Source: Acidimicrobiia bacterium
GTDB lineage: Bacteria; Actinomycetota; Acidimicrobiia; Spongiisociales; ZC4RG35
Assembly (NCBI GenBank): GCA_041742825.1
Contig: JBGTNX010000115.1
Coordinates: 34,491-98,490 of the forward strand
Reading direction: 5' to 3'
DNA: 64,000 nucleotides
The first letter of the stretch is position 1, and each line of letters opens with the position of its first letter. The translations under genes were made by a program, and so were the position numbers. Below are positions 1-7,595 of the stretch, one piece after another. Below the pieces are notes generated by a model that was given only the letters and a program-made list of their open reading frames with translations, was not told where the DNA came from and ran no database searches.

Positions 1-558
1 ACGGACGCCGGCTCCCTCGAATGCCGACCCCTCACCCCGGAACGGTTCAGGGACATGGAGACCGTCTTCGGGGAGAGGGGAGTGGCGCGCCGCTGTTTCT
101 GTATGCATTGGCGCCGCCCTGATGGCGGACACCAGGACGATCTGGTCAACCGGGATCGATTCGAAGCGGTGGTTGCGGCCGGGCCTCCACCCGGACTGAT
201 TGGCTACATCGATTCTGAGCCACTGGGCTGGGTTCAGGTCGGTCCCCGGAGTAATTTCCCGACGATCGGCCGCTCCCGACTCTTGCAGCCGATCGACGCC
301 GCCGAAGTGTGGTCGATCAACTGCTTCGTGGTCCGTGTCGGGCATCGGGCCCAGGGAATCGGCCGGGGAATGCTCGGAGCGGCAATTCGGTATGCAAAGG
401 ACCAAGGAGCGATGGCGGTCGAGGCCTACCCGGTCGACGGTCAACGGGCATCGGTAGGTGATTACTTCACCGGAACCCTGGGCATGTTCGAGGAAGAGGG
501 GTTCGTCGAGTTGATTCGCCGCAACGAGTCGAGGCCAATAGTCCGCCTCGCGTTCTGA
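1..558 (+). CDS. GNAT family N-acetyltransferase (frame open to window start; first Met at 55)
   Basis: Frame-1 ORF runs from nt 1 to the stop at 556-558. GNAT motif-A-like HRAQGIGRGMLGAAIRYAKDQGA and C-terminal FEEEGF. Confidence 0.75.
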   Translation, partial: TDAGSLECRPLTPERFRDMETVFGERGVARRCFCMHWRRPDGGHQDDLVNRDRFEAVVAAGPPPGLIGYIDSEPLGWVQVGPRSNFPTIGRSRLLQPIDAAEVWSINCFVVRVGHRAQGIGRGMLGAAIRYAKDQGAMAVEAYPVDGQRASVGDYFTGTLGMFEEEGFVELIRRNESRPIVRLAF

Positions 559-578
559 TCCGGCGCGGCAACGCCCGC

Positions 579-1220
579 TCAGGCCTTTACGGACGTAACC
601 AGCTCGGCGAGCAGGCTGCGCACCCGTTGCTCGATGTCATCGCGGATCGGGCGCACGTCTTCGACTGACTTGCCGGACGGGTCGTCGAGCTCCCAGTCGA
701 CATACCTCTTCCCGGGGAACAGCGGGCAGGCGTCTCCACAGCCCATGGTCACCACCACATCGGCAGCGCGGATGATCTCGTCGGACCAGGGTTGGGGGAT
801 CTCGGTGCCGATGTCGATCCCCTTTTCCGCCATCGCCGCAACCGCGGCCTGGTTCACCATCTTCGCCGGCTCGGACCCACCCGAGAAGACATCGACGTCG
901 TCGCCTGCAATGTGTCGCATCCATCCGGCGGCCATCTGGGATCGCCCGGCGTTGTGCACGCAGAGGAAGAGCACGCTGGGTTTGAGGGTGCTGACGTCGG
1001 CATCGAGACGGATGAGGGCGCGCAGGCGATCACGGGCGAAGCGCTCGGCGAGGAGAGGCACCCAGGTGCTGGTGCTTGCCCGTTCGGTGAGCGTATCGAG
1101 GGAGCTGTTCATGAACCGCTCGACGGTCTCGGCGTTGAGTTTTCCTTCGAACTGCCGTCGAAGGCGTTCGGCAGCCTCCCGGATCTGGAGCTTTTCGGCG
1201 GTGTTGAGAATGACTGGCAT
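579..1220 (-). CDS. arsC: Arsenate reductase, LMW-PTP type, with an N-terminal helical extension of about 80 aa
   Basis: P-loop CVHNAGRSQMAAG (CX5R-S) and downstream TMGCGDACP. Start taken at ATG 1220 (MPVILNT). The longer 369-aa ORF upstream overlaps the aquaporin gene and looks spurious. Confidence 0.85.
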   Translation of the reverse strand: MPVILNTAEKLQIREAAERLRRQFEGKLNAETVERFMNSSLDTLTERASTSTWVPLLAERFARDRLRALIRLDADVSTLKPSVLFLCVHNAGRSQMAAGWMRHIAGDDVDVFSGGSEPAKMVNQAAVAAMAEKGIDIGTEIPQPWSDEIIRAADVVVTMGCGDACPLFPGKRYVDWELDDPSGKSVEDVRPIRDDIEQRVRSLLAELVTSVKA

Positions 1221-1228
1221 GGCAACCT

Positions 1229-1900
1229 TCAGTTGAGAGATAGTTGTCGGGAATTTTTCGGGAAGAGAAAGGAGACGAAAGGCACGCTGAGTGCGCCGGC
1301 GACCAATTGGGCAACCACGAATCCGGGTACCGAAGCAGCGGCGATGCCCGTATAGGTGTCGGTGAGGACTCTGGACATCGTGACGGCAGGGTTGGCGAAG
1401 CCGGTCGATGAGGTGGCGAAGACGATTGCGGCCACCCAGGCACCAACTGCCATCGGCACCGCATAGGCCCGGTCTGTCCTGACCAGGGCAAGGATTGCGA
1501 GCACGAGGACGAACGTGGAGATGAACTCGGCGAGGATCAACCCCGGCCCCCCGCGTTCGGTGCTCGACGCCTGCACCATGCTTTCCCCGAAGCTGTAGTT
1601 GGCGGCAGCCACCCCGGCGACCGCCCCAGCTAGCTGGGCTGTCCCATAACCGATGGCGAGACGGCCGTCCAAGGCGCGGAATCGCCAAAAAGCGAGCGTG
1701 ACTGCGGGGTTGAAATGAGATCCCGACACAGCTTGGAACAGAGCGATAAGCACGGCGAGGCCCAAGCCGACTGCAACCGCATGAGCCATGAGTCGGACCC
1801 CTGCATCGTCGGCGAGCCTTTCGGCGGCTATCCCGCTTCCGACGATGACGTAGAGGAGGAGGGCGGTGCCGACTCCCTCTGCGGTGATCTCCCGTGTCAT
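1229..1900 (-). CDS. MIP/aquaporin family channel (AqpS-like candidate arsenite channel)
   Basis: Two NPA boxes (HFNPAVTLAF and FANPAVTMSR) and a hydrophobic 6-TM pattern. Lies between two ars genes. Confidence 0.85.
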   Translation of the reverse strand: MTREITAEGVGTALLLYVIVGSGIAAERLADDAGVRLMAHAVAVGLGLAVLIALFQAVSGSHFNPAVTLAFWRFRALDGRLAIGYGTAQLAGAVAGVAAANYSFGESMVQASSTERGGPGLILAEFISTFVLVLAILALVRTDRAYAVPMAVGAWVAAIVFATSSTGFANPAVTMSRVLTDTYTGIAAASVPGFVVAQLVAGALSVPFVSFLFPKNSRQLSLN

Positions 1901-1903
1901 CGG

Positions 1904-2578
1904 TCAGGCTCGGGAGTTCTCAAGTCGGCCGACCCGGGTTGCGATCTCCTCGAATGCCTTCTGAAATGACCGGAGGTCTCCTGCTCGCACCGGATCCGGC
2001 ACCGACCAGTGGAAAGTGGTTGTCGCCGGGGGCAAACCGTCTTCCCGGGCCCGGTCGCAGACACTGACCACGAGGTCGGGTTTGGCTCCGAGAGTCTCGT
2101 ACCCGGCCGGTGATCGCCCGGAGAGGTCGATGTCCATGCTGGCTGCCGCTTTGACCGCAAGGGGATGGACACGACCTGCCGGATGGCTTCCCGCACTTTT
2201 GGCCTTTTCGCCGGTGGCCTTTTCCCATACCGCAGCGGCGAACTGAGAGCGGGCGGAGTTGTGGGTGCAGATGAAAGCGACCGATCCGAATTCGTGCGAT
2301 TGCCCTGGCCGTGGCCCGGGGAACGAGTCCAACGAGTCCAACGAGTCCCAGTTCAGTGTTACGTACTTGCGCCGTCGGTCGCCCTCAGATACTTGGCGCC
2401 GAATCAGTGAAGCGGCTTCGAGGATGTCGAGATGGTGAGCCAGGAGGTTGGTGCCGATCTCAGCGATACGGGCAAGTTCGGCAACAGTGAGATCGGATGC
2501 GGCGAGGTGGTCGACTATCGACAGGCGCCGGGCATCTCCGAGGGCCGCGTGCACCGCTGCTCTGACTTCCAAGGTCAT
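1904..2578 (-). CDS. ArsR-family HTH regulator fused to an LMW-PTP/ArsC-like domain
   Basis: N-terminal ArsR/SmtB wHTH (ALGDARRLSIVDHL...LTVAELA...NLLAHHLDILEAASLI). C-terminal CTHNSARSQ P-loop. ATG 2578 chosen because the TTG at 2617 lies inside the promoter. Confidence 0.8.
   Translation of the reverse strand: MTLEVRAAVHAALGDARRLSIVDHLAASDLTVAELARIAEIGTNLLAHHLDILEAASLIRRQVSEGDRRRKYVTLNWDSLDSLDSFPGPRPGQSHEFGSVAFICTHNSARSQFAAAVWEKATGEKAKSAGSHPAGRVHPLAVKAAASMDIDLSGRSPAGYETLGAKPDLVVSVCDRAREDGLPPATTTFHWSVPDPVRAGDLRSFQKAFEEIATRVGRLENSRA
2322..2348. repeat. 3 x 9-bp perfect in-frame tandem repeat (aacgagtcc)
   Basis: Read directly. Encodes DSLDSLDS in the linker between the ArsR and ArsC-like domains. 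Confidence 0.9.
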
Positions 2579-2587
2579 ATGTTCCCA

Positions 2588-2617
2588 ACTATATTGACTC
2601 AATAATTTCTGTGTCAA
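2588..2617 (-). promoter_or_regulatory. Putative sigma70-type promoter with embedded ArsR-type imperfect dyad
   Basis: Minus strand reads TTGACA-18 nt-TATAGT, with the ATG 10 nt after the -10 box. Arms TTGAC/GTCAA flank an AT-rich core. Locally AT-rich in a GC-rich genome. Confidence 0.5.
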
Positions 2618-2740
2618 ATTAGCGGGACTTGTGCCAGCGTTGCTCAGCCCGCCGGCCTTTGATCCGAGGCGGGGCCATTTGGCTCTACCGGTTCGTCGAG
2701 CAACATGCGATAGTCAGCTTGTTACCGAAGGGAGCCGAGA

Positions 2741-3208
2741 ATGGAAATCAACACCGGCCTATCCGAAGAATCCAGGAGCGAATTGGCTGAGGGCTTGGGC
2801 CGTCTGCTCGCCGACACCTACACCCTGTACGTCAAGACGCACGGATATCACTGGAATGTCACCGGTCCGATGTTCAGGACGCTGCACCTGATGTTCGAGG
2901 AGGAGTACATCGACCTTCGAGAGGCAGTCGACGTTATCGCCGAACGGATCAGGGCGTTGGGCCACCCGGCACCGGGAAGCTACTCCGAGTTTGCGGAGTT
3001 GACCTCAGTGACCGACGAAAAAGGTGTGCCTGAGGCCATGGAAATGGTGCGAAACCTCATGGAGGGCCATGAGTCGGTAGTCCGCACCGGCCGAGAGGTA
3101 GTGAAGACGGCGGAGGAAACCGGTGACGTGGCTTCGGCGGACCTGGTTACCCAGCGGATCGACATCCACGAAAAGACTGCATGGATGCTGCGATCGATGG
3201 CTTCTTAG
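2741..3208 (+). CDS. dps: Dps family DNA-protection/ferritin-like protein
   Basis: LADTYTLYVKTHGYHWNVTGPMFRTLHLMFEEEY is a classic Dps ferroxidase-site region. GGGAG RBS upstream. Confidence 0.9.
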   Translation: MEINTGLSEESRSELAEGLGRLLADTYTLYVKTHGYHWNVTGPMFRTLHLMFEEEYIDLREAVDVIAERIRALGHPAPGSYSEFAELTSVTDEKGVPEAMEMVRNLMEGHESVVRTGREVVKTAEETGDVASADLVTQRIDIHEKTAWMLRSMAS

Positions 3209-3369
3209 GCGGCAGCTTCCCCAGAATCGCCGGGGCACCACATGCCCTGGTACCCGCAGTTGCAGCGGTAGGCGATCTGCAGACCGTTGCTCGTGCGCAC
3301 GATGCGCTCGATGTTCTCGTGAAAGAGCAGGACCCGCGATCCGTGTGCGGGGCAATACGGGGCGAACAT
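3205..3369 (-). CDS. Small Cys-rich hypothetical protein (54 aa from MFAPYCP)
   Basis: CPxH...CxC...C pattern. Its ATG overlaps the upstream stop (TGATG), suggesting coupling. Confidence 0.45.
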   Translation of the reverse strand: MFAPYCPAHGSRVLLFHENIERIVRTSNGLQIAYRCNCGYQGMWCPGDSGEAAA

Positions 3370-3572
3370 CAGCGCACCCCCTGGAGTCTGTACTTCGACC
3401 ACCACGCCCACATCTGATCGCGAGCCTCGCTCAGATGTAGTGACGATCGGTAGAGGTCTGAAATCGAGGCGCCGGCGAGGCGCAGGTCCTCGTGTTCAAC
3501 CCAAGCCCTGGCGAGACGTTCGTAGTTCTCGGCGAAGGTGGCCTCTTTGTCATTGGGTTTCTCGGCTGTCAT
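3369..3572 (-). CDS. Hypothetical small helical protein (67 aa)
   Basis: ORF with an AGAAGGA RBS and a good upstream promoter. No family recognised. Confidence 0.45.
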   Translation of the reverse strand: MTAEKPNDKEATFAENYERLARAWVEHEDLRLAGASISDLYRSSLHLSEARDQMWAWWSKYRLQGVR

Positions 3573-3627
3573 CTCTGTTCCTTCTGCCCTCGTTCTCGTA
3601 ACGGCTGAACCATGTTTTGGTACTTAC

Positions 3628-3656
3628 AGACTAGATGACGAAATGTAAGCCGTCAA
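3628..3656 (-). promoter_or_regulatory. Putative promoter TTGACG-17-TAGTCT for the small-ORF pair
   Basis: Read on the minus strand in an AT-rich intergenic patch. Confidence 0.4.
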
Positions 3657-3757
3657 GCCTATTTAGCGTATTACATCGGAAAACTAGCCAGGAACCATCA
3701 GTACCGCACGGACCAGGATGACGAGGGATGCTCCGGTCCGAGCCTTTAACGAGCGCT

Positions 3758-4741
3758 CTAGCCTGAGAAAGCCGGGATTACCTCGCTGGAGAACAGCTCG
3801 AGCCCGCTGGTGTCGTATGCGGCGTCTGCGAAGTTGACGATTGTGTAGGACATCCCCGCAGCCTCCCACTCTTTGAGCATCGCCACGATCTTCTCCGGGG
3901 TGCCGGACGTCCTCAGGTACAACTTGGCCAGCCACTCGGCCCGGCTCTCGGGGAGATGGTCGCTCAACACCGACCGTGCCCAATCGATCTTGTCTTCTAC
4001 TTCAGATTCCGTCGGCGCACAGAAGATGTTGAAGTTCGATGACCGCACGATCGATCCGTAGTCGGTGCCGACGTCCTCGCAGTGGCCCTTGAGTACCAGA
4101 GACTTGTGGACGAATTCGTCGAGTCCATCTCCGAAGTTGGTGTACTGGGCGTAGCGCGCCGCAACATTGAGGGTGAGTTGCTCACCGCCGCCGGCAATCC
4201 AGAAGGGGATGTGGGGCTGCTGAAGCGGCTTCGGTTGGGAGATCGCCCGGTCGAGTTGGTAGTACTTTCCGTCGTATGTGACCTCGTCCTCGGTCCACAT
4301 CGCTTTCATGATCTCGACACCCTCGCGGAGCATCCCGATCCGCTCTGCTGGCTTGAGGAACGGGTACCCGTACCCGTCGTGCTCCTCCTCATACCAGCCT
4401 GCGCCAATTCCCATCTCGACCCGACCCCCGGAGATTACGTCGATTGAGGCGGCGACCTTGGCCAGGTACGAGGGAGGTCGGTAGGTGTTGCAGGTGCACA
4501 TCTGACCGAGGCGCACCGACTGGGTGACTCCGGCGAGTGCGGCCATGAGAGTCCATGCCTCGTAGGTGACCTCCTGTGACCGCACCGGGACGGTGTGAAA
4601 GTGGTCATAGACCCACAGCGACTCATAGCCGGACACCTCGATCGTCCTGGCGACCCGGGTCATCGTCTCCCAATGGTCCTCGACCGGGATCCCGACCAGG
4701 TCGTGGCGCCATCCCTGCGGTACAAATGCTCCAAATCTCAT
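3758..4741 (-). CDS. Luciferase-like monooxygenase (LLM) class, probable F420-dependent oxidoreductase
   Basis: MRFGAFVPQGW N-terminus, and length and pattern typical of actinobacterial LLM enzymes. Confidence 0.8.
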   Translation of the reverse strand: MRFGAFVPQGWRHDLVGIPVEDHWETMTRVARTIEVSGYESLWVYDHFHTVPVRSQEVTYEAWTLMAALAGVTQSVRLGQMCTCNTYRPPSYLAKVAASIDVISGGRVEMGIGAGWYEEEHDGYGYPFLKPAERIGMLREGVEIMKAMWTEDEVTYDGKYYQLDRAISQPKPLQQPHIPFWIAGGGEQLTLNVAARYAQYTNFGDGLDEFVHKSLVLKGHCEDVGTDYGSIVRSSNFNIFCAPTESEVEDKIDWARSVLSDHLPESRAEWLAKLYLRTSGTPEKIVAMLKEWEAAGMSYTIVNFADAAYDTSGLELFSSEVIPAFSG

Positions 4742-4782
4742 CGCAACGACGATAGCCCTTCGCCTTCGCCGGGATGATGGCC

Positions 4783-5433
4783 TCAGAGATCCGGAATGGC
4801 TTTGTCGAGGAGACGGCGAACCTCCGACTCGGGGGTCTGGCCGAACTGGCGGTACCAGGCTCCCACTGCGACCAGCGAGAGAGGTGTGAGCAAGGAAACC
4901 ACGTCGTCAGCCACCCATTCCAGCCTGGCGACTACCTCGGGCGCCGCCACCGGCACCGCTACGACGATCGACCTCGGTCCCAAGGTCCGCAATGCCTCGA
5001 CCGCAGCCTTCATGGACGACCCGGTGGCCATGCCGTCATCGACGACGATTGCGGTTTTGCCCGTAATGTCGATGTCCCGTTCGTCGCCGCGCAATGCAAG
5101 TTCCCTCTCTTTCAATTCAGTGCGTGCCGCCGCAGCCGCCGCATTGAACGCCTCGTCACTCATTTTCAGCAAGCCGAGGACTTGTTCGTTGCGGACGATG
5201 ACACCACCTGAGGCCACGGCGCCCATTGCCAGCTCGGGTTGGCCGGGAACCCCGATCTTGCGAACGACGACGATGTCGAGCGGAGCACCGAGATGGCGGG
5301 CCACCTCAAAGGCCACCGGGACACCGCCCCGGGGAAGACCGAATACCACCAGGTCGCGGCTCCCGGCATAGTCGCTGAAGGCACCAGCGAGCCGCTTCCC
5401 GGCGTCGCTACGATCGGTAAACCGTTCTGCCAT
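4783..5433 (-). CDS. Phosphoribosyltransferase family protein
   Basis: PRPP-binding loop AIVVDDGMATGSSM and N-terminal FGLPRGGVPVA. Confidence 0.85.
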   Translation of the reverse strand: MAERFTDRSDAGKRLAGAFSDYAGSRDLVVFGLPRGGVPVAFEVARHLGAPLDIVVVRKIGVPGQPELAMGAVASGGVIVRNEQVLGLLKMSDEAFNAAAAAARTELKERELALRGDERDIDITGKTAIVVDDGMATGSSMKAAVEALRTLGPRSIVVAVPVAAPEVVARLEWVADDVVSLLTPLSLVAVGAWYRQFGQTPESEVRRLLDKAIPDL

Positions 5434-5499
5434 TGTTCGAAACCTACCGATCTGCAGCCAGCCTCAGTTAGGGGCCGAAACCGAACGGCAGACCCGCAC

Positions 5500-7500
5500 C
5501 TATGAGGTTGCTTTGAGGTCGAGCCGCCTCAGAAGTTGGGCGTTGAGGGCAACGACCACCGTCGAGGCGCTCATCAGGACTGCGGCCACGGCCGGACCGA
5601 GGACGACTCCCGCCCAGGCCAGCGCTCCGGCGGCCAGGGGCAGAGCGACCACGTTGTACCCGGTTGCCCAGGCGAGGTTCTGTAGCATCTTGCGGTAACC
5701 GGCTGCGGAGAGCCTCCTGATTGCGATGACACCCCGCGGATCATCGGACGCGAGGACAATGCCGGCCGACTCGATTGCGACATCGGTACCGGCGCCGATG
5801 GCAATCCCGACGTCAGCCTGAGCCAGGGCCGGAGCATCGTTCACGCCGTCGCCAACCATTGCAACGGTGAAGCCACGCTCCTGCAGTGAAGCGACGTAGG
5901 AGTGTTTGTCCTCAGGAAGAACCTCCGCCATCACTTCGTCGATATCGAGTTCGGCTGCAACCGCTTCGGCGACCTGACGGGCGTCTCCGGTGATCATCGC
6001 AACCTTCACTCCGCGACGGTGCAACTGTTCGACTGCATCCCGGGACTCGAGTCTGACTTCGTCCTCGAGGGAGATTGCCCCGGCGACCACACCGTCACGA
6101 ATCACATACAGAACAGCCGAACCTCTATCGCGCCACAAAGCTGTATTCCCGTGCAACTCCTTCGGTTCTTCGAGACCCCTTTCCCGCAGCATTGTTGGTC
6201 CTCCAACAGCCACCGTCGAGCCGTTTACCGTCGCTTCGACCCCTCGCCCGCTCATCGATTTGAAATCGGTCGCCCGTGGAACTCCTCCAAGTTCGCGCCC
6301 CGCCGTGGTGATCGCACGGGCAAGAGGATGTTCGGAATCGGACTCGACGCCTGCCGCCAGCAGGAGAATCCCGTCGTTGTCCCCGTTGGTCGCCAACACT
6401 TCCGCAACCCGGTGTGCGCCCTTGGTCAGCGTCCCGGTCTTGTCGAAGAGGACGAGGTCCACCGACCTCATCTTCTCCAACGCCAGACGGTCCTTGACCA
6501 GAATCCCGTTCCGCGCCGCCATCCCTGTTGATATCGAGATCACCATTGGTATCGCAAGACCAAGAGCATGAGGACAGGCGATAACCAGGACGGCGACCGT
6601 CCGCACCACAGCCTGGTCCGCCTGACCGACCGCAACCCATGCGATCGCCGTGATTACTGCAGCCCCGAGCGCTACGTAGAAGAGGACAGCGGCTGCGCGA
6701 TCGGCGAGAACTTGGGCTTTGGATCGAGATGACTGAGCGGCAGTGACCAGACGCTGGATCCCGGCGAGTGCCGTATCTTCCCCGACCGCGTCAACCTCGA
6801 TCCGGATCGCAGTGTCGGTCGCCACCGTCCCCGCGACGGTTCTGTCTCCGGGCCTTTTTCTGACCGGCCGGGATTCGCCCGTCACCATCGACTCGTCCAC
6901 TTCAACCTCACCGTCGGTGATGGTGCCGTCCGCAGGTATCCGTGCTCCTGGTCTCACCAGCACCACATCGCCGGGGGAGAGGTGGCTGGTCGGGACCTCC
7001 CTGGTTCCGTCTTCGGTCACGACCTCGGCGGTGTCGGGCAGCAGCTCGGCGAGGGCGGCAAGGGCACCACGGGCCTGTCCGATTGCCCGCATTTCCATCC
7101 AGTGCCCGAGGAGCATCACGGTTATCAGGGCAGCAAGCTCCCACCAGAACTCGAGATCGAACCACCCCAACGAGGTGGCAACCGACGCCGAGAAGGCGAC
7201 GGTTATCGCCATTGCGATAAGGAGCATCATGCCCGGTTGTCGATCCCGGACCTCCATGGCCGCGCCCTTGAGGAACGGTGAGCCGCCGTAGACGAAGATG
7301 ATGGTCCCCAGAAGTGGTGCCACGAGCTCTGATCCCGGGAAGGTTGTGGCGGAGTAGCCAAACCAGGCCTGGATCATCTCGCTGAAGTACACGACCGGGA
7401 TCGTCAGCAGCAGTGAAATCCAGAACCGGTCCCGGAACATGTCCGGGCTATGTCCCTCATGTTTGTCGTGTCGGGCTGTGTCGTGGCCCTGGTGATCCAT
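5500..7500 (-). CDS. copB: Heavy-metal P1B-type ATPase, CopB-like (CPH motif, His-rich N-terminus)
   Basis: Motifs [17 protein letters not shown] and TM6 CPH (VIACPHALG). N-terminus [20 protein letters not shown] 7500 has a GAGGAAG RBS; the GTG at 7521 abuts the -10 box. Confidence 0.9.
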   Translation of the reverse strand: MDHQGHDTARHDKHEGHSPDMFRDRFWISLLLTIPVVYFSEMIQAWFGYSATTFPGSELVAPLLGTIIFVYGGSPFLKGAAMEVRDRQPGMMLLIAMAITVAFSASVATSLGWFDLEFWWELAALITVMLLGHWMEMRAIGQARGALAALAELLPDTAEVVTEDGTREVPTSHLSPGDVVLVRPGARIPADGTITDGEVEVDESMVTGESRPVRKRPGDRTVAGTVATDTAIRIEVDAVGEDTALAGIQRLVTAAQSSRSKAQVLADRAAAVLFYVALGAAVITAIAWVAVGQADQAVVRTVAVLVIACPHALGLAIPMVISISTGMAARNGILVKDRLALEKMRSVDLVLFDKTGTLTKGAHRVAEVLATNGDNDGILLLAAGVESDSEHPLARAITTAGRELGGVPRATDFKSMSGRGVEATVNGSTVAVGGPTMLRERGLEEPKELHGNTALWRDRGSAVLYVIRDGVVAGAISLEDEVRLESRDAVEQLHRRGVKVAMITGDARQVAEAVAAELDIDEVMAEVLPEDKHSYVASLQERGFTVAMVGDGVNDAPALAQADVGIAIGAGTDVAIESAGIVLASDDPRGVIAIRRLSAAGYRKMLQNLAWATGYNVVALPLAAGALAWAGVVLGPAVAAVLMSASTVVVALNAQLLRRLDLKATS

Positions 7501-7523
7501 AGTCACTTCCTCTTGCTCCACCC

Positions 7524-7555
7524 GTTATACACCTTCTAGTGTGCTGGAAGGTCAA
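7524..7555 (-). promoter_or_regulatory. MerR/CueR-type promoter with long spacer and internal dyad
   Basis: Minus strand reads TTGACC-20 nt-TATAAC. The spacer holds arms ACCTTC/GAAGGT separated by 10 nt. Confidence 0.6.
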
Positions 7556-7595
7556 GGGCGGCCGGAGAGTTCCCGTCGAAACGGCGGGGTTCGGC

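Noticed and set aside
1221-1688. N-terminal 156 aa of the 369-aa ORF 579-1688
   Set aside because: It overlaps the aquaporin gene in another frame and is Arg/Gly/Pro-rich. The ArsC homology begins only after Met at 1220.
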